Positions 60,001 through 64,000 of a stretch of DNA of 64,000 nucleotides are shown piece after piece. Where the stretch lies: positions 427,302 through 491,301 of the forward strand of contig JBAZJZ010000001.1 in NCBI GenBank assembly GCA_041650995.1. Direction: 5' to 3'. A model generated the notes under the pieces. It searched no databases. It saw only the letters and a list, made by a program, of their open reading frames with translations, and was not told the DNA's origin. Source of the stretch: Patescibacteria group bacterium (GTDB taxonomy: Bacteria > Patescibacteriota > Patescibacteriia > XYB2-FULL-38-15). A program made the position numbers and the translations under genes. Numbering within the stretch: the stretch's first letter is position 1; every line of letters starts with the position of its first letter.

Positions 60001-62390
60001 GGGGACATTGAGGCATTGTAAAAAGCGATACTGACTGTTGTCGCCGTATCTCCACTTGGAAATGAATGAGTAACCTGATATCTCTGCCACGACGTTTCCG
60101 AAGGTGCTGGAGTATTTCTTGCAGTGATCGTTCCGCCAAAATCAAACGTGCTGGACGCAGCGCAACCTTTGGCATAAAGGGAAAGAGTAAAAGTTCTGCC
60201 GCCGCGCTCCTTATCCAATCGAACCGTTTGACCGATGACTCCGCTTGCCTTTATTGCGGTTCGGCCGAAATAGGTGTCCGAAGCAGCTTCCGCGTTTGGA
60301 TCGCCGTACACCCCCCAAGGAATTGGCCAAGAAGCAAATTCATCTTTAACACCATCACCAGCCGTTCCGGTAAAATTTTCAAAACTGCTGTTACTAACTA
60401 AATTTAATTTTGTATCCGACGTTGTCCGTAAAAATTCATTACAACCCGGCTCGTCGCATTGAGTAATATTTTTATTAAAGAAAATTCTGTCTGATCGGCG
60501 GGCCGCGGTTCCCGAACCAGTAAGCGTATCTTGCCAGAGCCAGTCGTCCCCGACTTTTGATTGTCGAGTTGAATACCAACGGCAGCCAATGTCATCGGCA
60601 TTGCAAGGCGGACCATAATCAACCGTGTTTGTGACATAAGAAACATTTTGCCCGTCGCTTCGTTTTAAAAGCTTACAAGTATCGTATTGCGCATCACACT
60701 TATCTCCGTCCAGCCGCCAGATATTTTTTTCTCTGGTGCAATAACCCCAGCCGCCTTCGCAATTTCCTTGGTCATCTTCAGCAATACAAGTCGGTGAATC
60801 AACACATGTTTCCTGGCGGAAACTGTTTTCCGTGGTTTGAAGCAACGGCCCATAAACCCGCGCGCGGCATTGCTCGGCCGGCGCTTTCAAAATCCAGTCT
60901 GGATCAATTAAATGACAATACGGATGCTCAGTATCGGCTTTACCTTCTGGATAAGCCGGATCGGTATAATTACAATCATGAAACCGATCAACTACTTCTT
61001 TTAAACTTACGGGTTCGCTGCTTGTTTGACTTTGCGCGGCAATTTCCCAACCAATGGAAATAATTCTCGCCTTTCTTAATTTAACGAGATTGCTATAGCA
61101 ATAGCCATAAGTGTAACAATTTGGATCCTGATTTTTTGCTGTGTTTGAAGGAGGAAATAGTGGCCACTCGCCGTGCAAATATTCCTGTTTGATCGCCTCG
61201 CTAATCGTGAGCGCCTCTCCGGTTTGCGCCTGCCGGACCGCGGCTTCAAATTTTCCATCCATCACGCAATTATTTGTGCCTTTAAATTTTTCAGGACAAA
61301 CAATAAAATCAGATAAGATATCGTAAGTGCCGCCTTCTTTAATTTGCGGCACAAGCAAATCGGCAAAAGCCAGCTCCGCGGCACGCCGTCCGCCCCAGGC
61401 TGTTCCCTCTTTTGAGGTCGCGTCCTCACCCTTCGGAAAAAGATCCGCCAGAGAATACATCCCTTTACTAAAAATATTCTCCATTGTTTTGGAAAGCAGG
61501 GTACTTACAAAAGTTGATACCATCACCGAAAGTATTCCCTGTGCCCCAGCCGAGAGCGCCTGGCCAGAAAGACTCCACTTTAATTGTTCCGCGTCAACCG
61601 GACCCTCAGTTTGAATTTCCGAAGTTTGGCGAATAACTTCCGCCGGAGTTTTTACTTTTCCGCTGATAAGTTCTGATGAAGGTAAAAAACCTTGCCCTTC
61701 TTCTCTGGTTAAGGCTGCCGTATCAGAAGCGCTTCTTTCCGCATTGAATGCTCCGACATACGCGCTCATTGCTAAATCAAGATCCGTGCCTGCTCCGTAA
61801 CCAATTTGAAACTGCGAAGCTGCTTCCCGTAAAAAATCTTCTGTTTGCACTTCAGCGATAAATGACTCCCAGTTTGAACGAATCGACGACCATTCGCAAG
61901 TTGGTGGCGGCAATCCGTCCGCGTATGTTTGGGCTAACTGCAGCTGAAGAGCAAGTCCCAGTCTCGGATTTGGCGGAGCGCAAAAATTAACACCAACCAT
62001 TTCGCCAAAACTTCCGATAAATTCACCTGCCGCGTCTAAAGCGGCGTTACCTAAATAATCTCCCCAACCTTCAGTGGAAAAAAGCGGCATCTGTCCGCCC
62101 CCGCCGGAAGCCAGACTAACAGCCAAATCATACGATAATTTTTGCATGAAGCGCGAGGCGGCGTTAATCAAAGCCATTGTTCCCGCATTCACTACCAGAA
62201 CTTTCAAAAAATCTTTTATGTTTTTAATTGTTGTTTGGGCGCCAGTTACCGGGTCGGAAACAACCATTTGCGCCTCGGCCGGACGAGCATATAAAAAGAC
62301 GCCGGAAACAACCTGGGTCAAAATAAAACAAATCAAAACCGCGCTAACAGTCCATTTTTTTACTTTATAATTTCTCTGGATAACAGACAT
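54045..62390 (-). CDS. giant (2781 aa) cysteine-rich secreted protein, putative surface adhesin-like protein
   Basis: Single uninterrupted ORF. Signal peptide ending ARPAEA|QM. More than 150 Cys, many Trp/Gly/Asp, no recognizable enzymatic motif. The C-terminal ~200 aa are homologous to the orphan cassette at 52559-53186. Confidence 0.75.
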   Translation of the reverse strand: MSVIQRNYKVKKWTVSAVLICFILTQVVSGVFLYARPAEAQMVVSDPVTGAQTTIKNIKDFLKVLVVNAGTMALINAASRFMQKLSYDLAVSLASGGGGQMPLFSTEGWGDYLGNAALDAAGEFIGSFGEMVGVNFCAPPNPRLGLALQLQLAQTYADGLPPPTCEWSSIRSNWESFIAEVQTEDFLREAASQFQIGYGAGTDLDLAMSAYVGAFNAERSASDTAALTREEGQGFLPSSELISGKVKTPAEVIRQTSEIQTEGPVDAEQLKWSLSGQALSAGAQGILSVMVSTFVSTLLSKTMENIFSKGMYSLADLFPKGEDATSKEGTAWGGRRAAELAFADLLVPQIKEGGTYDILSDFIVCPEKFKGTNNCVMDGKFEAAVRQAQTGEALTISEAIKQEYLHGEWPLFPPSNTAKNQDPNCYTYGYCYSNLVKLRKARIISIGWEIAAQSQTSSEPVSLKEVVDRFHDCNYTDPAYPEGKADTEHPYCHLIDPDWILKAPAEQCRARVYGPLLQTTENSFRQETCVDSPTCIAEDDQGNCEGGWGYCTREKNIWRLDGDKCDAQYDTCKLLKRSDGQNVSYVTNTVDYGPPCNADDIGCRWYSTRQSKVGDDWLWQDTLTGSGTAARRSDRIFFNKNITQCDEPGCNEFLRTTSDTKLNLVSNSSFENFTGTAGDGVKDEFASWPIPWGVYGDPNAEAASDTYFGRTAIKASGVIGQTVRLDKERGGRTFTLSLYAKGCAASSTFDFGGTITARNTPAPSETSWQRYQVTHSFPSGDTATTVSIAFYNASMSPSAPCLIDAVQLEEGFFASQYHEGWGRTGEALYLKAAPDYYSCYDYTSTGALNKTNDAEQCQNYAKACEEKDVGCDEFRPTNGDPSVPGVASYPDDYCPAECVGYQTFKQVATDFEQDKFPVYFIPTTGRTCNAADVGCDQFTSLENEAVANFSVIRRCEKPGATGAAFYTWEGSDTTGYQLKTWNLKMGGATTPDSDPSGGVPPCTALLSDGLTCDSASFVGLCTKADSLINPDCREFYDSAGLKHYRLYSKTIIMTDDCHPYRKTISSTADCGTSGGRWDAVKSECAYNVYLPESRTCSNEAVGCRAYRGNAGANTAVILNDNFDDSSIANWDEADLPVISSESLVVGGKSLSFGATGTLDKNLGSAVRQNGLYTLSFWAKGNSRLDIKFLGATSSGKEFSSATKSPTNLSFDWRYFSLGPVYVDWSVAGGGETLRIASVGGTTPVYIDNIILREIQSYIYVVKNSWNTPASCDRSFAVDFSIADQGDCATAGGSWSSDRSECIISALLPQAQLGCASYYDRANGLHYLKSFSRLCSPDAAGCAKLLKTNNNTSATAETFNTENDSEPALSEEERLSDNVTIPTDSYAYIVVNDEYKCAAQNKGCAEFGSPTLDAAGNVKVGDDGKPQYDTVNLLANPALYNSPTGRILCQVGFLSCEEYTTTDGGKMYFKDPGVRLCEWKDNVTVSGQNVSGWFKKGSNPLEPCDPANFSGGYYNIWKNGDANCSLPYVCQNTAGCACTVGTAGATGKTGTTCTVSYNKRSCPYSGWVGECIPQADRCTKFVDPADTSDDPLGAAYYYIKNDKISSGNCNGMASQKTGCALFNDTSNPQLTYNANATYLSSEKKTGDPGGLVAPIDCTKQNCKLCVNGSIRGSSLDTYEISGVTCNTDADCPGDPAPRPGASGWRCLSTFDLGGQRVVQISCPIGSPAPECRITYRGQTSIYTSGGPQRIAVNPNDSNTLIQVRRDRVCGEWLTCSGTTSTFDPQTGRQKVLCNTVTSCRQYAKVGQATAQCTDSNFTPETSRKILSKDLYVSRDVTFKGMDYSGDSIYNQYQAFDLRAVNIGTEESPVQTLGFVDDRCFDAAGSVISCATHPPGFCASETNGSRCGDNGKCFNNICITNFRGDPFAPGALLAMTEENAEKISCRAYPEQSSPFPNSVVKNWSPLSKQPGFSGANICENGEDCECSYKKASYGSGALTKYFDKDNVSLPSICVGGKEPGKTCADDSECLGDGKCYSAEKIDVVLGWSGFCLERDTSTSINGKPDQLACLTWYPMDQIPGMPDLYNNYETAGFPLGNKYYCLEAGVFRNLSPVGFDSEDDRECAELGGYSGCVGGEDCYCHAERGEALGACAKNITQCDPVNDFALITHCEYEGWCEEDIGDNDCPYRCVPKNSKRPDDSSCNLTRAADRINSNGLEVYYVDNLRETFDQFKDCRREGGVEEGAGYRKYASHSDPFIGCKVFYQVAGTSDRDANKAWTDRIWQDGGHPVVADPYQSLLGYFYDVEPRPFGASSSDPLNDFLTIPTCRKDTDNLTISLTNPDLSCPASGFTKYPEEGVGLTVPNEDRSYTSVYRSPAAGGTSCRVAEDCTRNWICGNVQCHKSCADDAECGAMGPCVFGGSTGRGYCQASTPLADSDFTGDLVRECNFIAGYSPSAPIGECKTIGGTALPRQCTTHEECRNFDCISGVCVQAGSEPAGSVEKETSRAAHERIRQLFAKRYGLFTWDSLTAVYSGSDVPPADITDTSKSGALPAGVTAWPSPPQIWPITDCQGDKCKPLMEEGPNLIQGISVNGIDGTGLTPSGASEPVNVVGYGGELYAVMQFFGTADKNAGPITKVVVDWNAGPGTSSTTTGRYKNHLGREGCDNRDFAHSTGACTEDHFYFTNIYNCPSNAASTVRACVSDSDSNCFAAVCPENVDGAIPGNGSCCVFKPRVQLTDNWGWCNGSCTGRVNGCYDSECSPEREGESGINHWTYFSGKVIVVPR

Positions 62391-62410
62391 AACTGAAGAT
62401 GAATTATGAA

Positions 62411-62800
62411 TCAGGAATTATGAATTATGGTTTTTGATTTTTTGATTAAACCGTTAGTAATTTTATTCACCTTAATGGTCTGTTCGGCAATTCTATTAAA
62501 ATCTGCTCCGGCAATATAACCAATATCTCTGGCCACTAATAATTGATTCTGAATTTCCGTTAAAGAGCCAAGCGCCATTGAATAAAATTGTAATTTTTCT
62601 TTGAAGGACTGCCTACTAAATCCTTCGGCAATATTTGATGTAAAAGAAATTCCCGCGCGGCGCAGTTGATTTGTCAAACAAAATAATTCCTCCCTGGGAA
62701 ATATCTTCGTCAATTTGTAAATGTCCAAAACTAATTTATGTCCTTCTTTCCACGCATCGAGGTCGGTAAAAGATTTTATCTTCCCTGATTCCTGATTCAT
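62411..62800 (-). CDS. four-helix-bundle protein (TIGR02436-like, the family often found in 23S rRNA intervening sequences)
   Basis: Signature FPREELFCLTNQLRRAGISFTSNIAEGFSRQS...MALGSLTEIQNQLLVARDIGYI. Confidence 0.8.
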   Translation of the reverse strand: MNQESGKIKSFTDLDAWKEGHKLVLDIYKLTKIFPREELFCLTNQLRRAGISFTSNIAEGFSRQSFKEKLQFYSMALGSLTEIQNQLLVARDIGYIAGADFNRIAEQTIKVNKITNGLIKKSKTIIHNS

Positions 62801-62805
62801 AATTC

Positions 62806-63567
62806 CTAATTCCCCTTATTCACCGTCTCTTCAAAAATTTTCATCAAAGTTGCGTCATCAACGCTATTTAAAGTTGCATCGTCAACTCCGGCCTGCCGTA
62901 AAAGTTCTCGGAGTTGGGACGGCGTCATCTCGCTAATGTTAACATTTGTTGGCAATGTGGAATTCGTGTTTGTATTGCTTGGTACTACCGCCCCGCCTGA
63001 TTCGCGGAGGGTTTCGTTATAAAGTTCTAAAAGAGTTTTATCATCAAGTTTATTCAAAGTTGCGTCATCAACTCCGGCCTGCCGCAGGGCGTCGCGCACT
63101 TCTTCCGCCGTGGCTGTTCCGGCTAATAATCCTCCCAATTCTTCCTCAACGGGCGGCGTGACTATTGGCTCGGCTTTTGCCGCCCCCTCCTCTCCGGCCT
63201 TGGAGCAAATTTTCCCCGCCGGGCAATTCGGATCGTTTCCTGAAGAAATTTCTTCTTTATCAGAAAACCCGTCTGAATCAGAATCGGCTAAATATGAACT
63301 CGTTCCATAAATATAGATTTCATCATAATCGGTTAATCCATCTCCATCTGTATCGGTCTCTTTCATGGCGGCCAATTTTTCCGCGTCTGCTTCAAGCTGC
63401 GATTTCCATAACCCTATATCTTGGCCGTATCTGGCGAAAGGGGCGCGCAAATATTTGGGATATTGCCAAATTATTCCTAGAACAGCAATCACGCATAAAA
63501 TCACCAAAATCGTCACCCCAATTTTGATTCGGCGTTCTTTTTCGGGTTCATTTTTTATTCCTTCCAT
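62806..63567 (-). CDS. membrane-anchored protein with thrombospondin-type-3-like Ca-binding repeats and two ~35-aa LRQAGVDDATLN repeats
   Basis: N-terminal TM helix. DTDGDGLTDYDE and DSDSDGFSDKEE motifs. Duplicated motif LRQAGVDDATLNKLDDKTLLELYNETL / LRQAGVDDATLNSVDDATLMKIFEETV. Confidence 0.45.
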   Translation of the reverse strand: MEGIKNEPEKERRIKIGVTILVILCVIAVLGIIWQYPKYLRAPFARYGQDIGLWKSQLEADAEKLAAMKETDTDGDGLTDYDEIYIYGTSSYLADSDSDGFSDKEEISSGNDPNCPAGKICSKAGEEGAAKAEPIVTPPVEEELGGLLAGTATAEEVRDALRQAGVDDATLNKLDDKTLLELYNETLRESGGAVVPSNTNTNSTLPTNVNISEMTPSQLRELLRQAGVDDATLNSVDDATLMKIFEETVNKGN

Positions 63568-63613
63568 ACTTTAATATAGTATAGCATAAAAGAAATACAC
63601 AATCAAAATCAAA

Positions 63614-63694
63614 TAATTACCTAATTACCAATTACTTAATTACCAAATTTGACACGCTATTTAGCAATTGGTAATTGAGTAATTTAGTAATTAA
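63614..63694. repeat. (TAATTAC)n palindromic intergenic element, copy 3
   Basis: AATTACCTAATTACCAATTACTTAATTACC ... GGTAATTGAGTAATTTAGTAATTAAG, between the rsmA-like gene and the TSP3-repeat gene. Confidence 0.55.
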
Positions 63695-64000
63695 GCGCTT
63701 GAACCAGCTTTACCCAATTATCCACACCCAAATCCTGGGCGCGTACTCGTTCATCGAAACCCAAATTGACTAAAACTTCTTTAATTTTTTTATTCGACAA
63801 CCGCAAACCCCCGGCTAAATTATTTTGCAGCTGCTTGCGCCGCGAAGAAAAACCAATTTTAGCCAGACGAAAAAATTTTTCCGGGGCAATTTCTTTTTTA
63901 TTTCTTTCGTAAATATTTTTTATGTTAGAAATTTTTATAATCGCCGAATCAACTTCCGGTTCCGGCCAAAAAGCGCGTCTAGGAACAATGTCCACAATTT
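63684..64000 (-). CDS. rsmA: 16S rRNA (adenine1518/1519-N6)-dimethyltransferase, C-terminal part (5' end outside the window)
   Basis: C-terminal KsgA/RsmA segment AFWPEPEVDSAIIKI...RAQDLGVDNWVKLVQALN. The reading frame is open to the window edge. Confidence 0.6.
   Translation of the reverse strand, partial: IVDIVPRRAFWPEPEVDSAIIKISNIKNIYERNKKEIAPEKFFRLAKIGFSSRRKQLQNNLAGGLRLSNKKIKEVLVNLGFDERVRAQDLGVDNWVKLVQALNY

Noticed and set aside
54815-61614. Numerous 60-140-aa ORFs on both strands inside the giant gene.
   Set aside because: They are nested within a single uninterrupted 8.3-kb reading frame with consistent codon usage. They are chance frames in GC-richer sequence.

Overview
This window reads as a low-GC (~35%), gene-dense bacterial chromosome segment; gene content and compactness resemble Candidate Phyla Radiation/Patescibacteria genomes, but that is an inference. 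Housekeeping content: a thymidylate cluster (dcd/dut-like fragment, GNAT, thyA, folA, a P-loop kinase, tmk-like), gatB, miaA, miaB, thrS, dnaE, pheST, rseP, murI, a glmM-like mutase, lemA, htpX, radA, mpg, recG, comF, three tRNAs plus a tRNA-Ser 3' fragment, and a partial rsmA. Four things stand out. (1) On the minus strand at 40.1-51.7 kb there is a type-IV-secretion-like operon with a VirB4-family ATPase, a VirB6/TrbL-like polytopic protein and several coiled-coil or membrane proteins of unknown function. (2) Immediately upstream of it lies a 2781-aa cysteine-rich secreted giant protein (54045-62390, minus strand). Its last ~200 codons are duplicated as a promoterless orphan cassette at 52559-53186. 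Each copy is paired, convergently, with a GC-rich lipoprotein gene driven by a near-identical canonical sigma70 promoter plus a structured leader of ~95 nt, and the older lipoprotein copy is frameshifted. This looks like a displaced-cassette or variable-tip system. (3) At 30.9-34.9 kb two tandem secreted proteins share an 855-bp perfect DNA repeat that encodes a Cys-rich domain and a VirB2/TrbC-like transmembrane hairpin. Their C-terminal peptidoglycan-hydrolase domains differ: 3D plus SGNH in the first, CHAP-like in the second. (4) Several short GC-rich (~55-60%) mini-islands sit between tRNA-modification genes. Each carries a small ORF preceded by a near-consensus RBS, and the third island is additionally flanked by a canonical promoter and a terminator. 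There are also two families of intergenic hairpin repeats, (TAATTAC)n palindromes and CCCCTC/GAGGGG stems. No CRISPR array, rRNA or integrase was seen.
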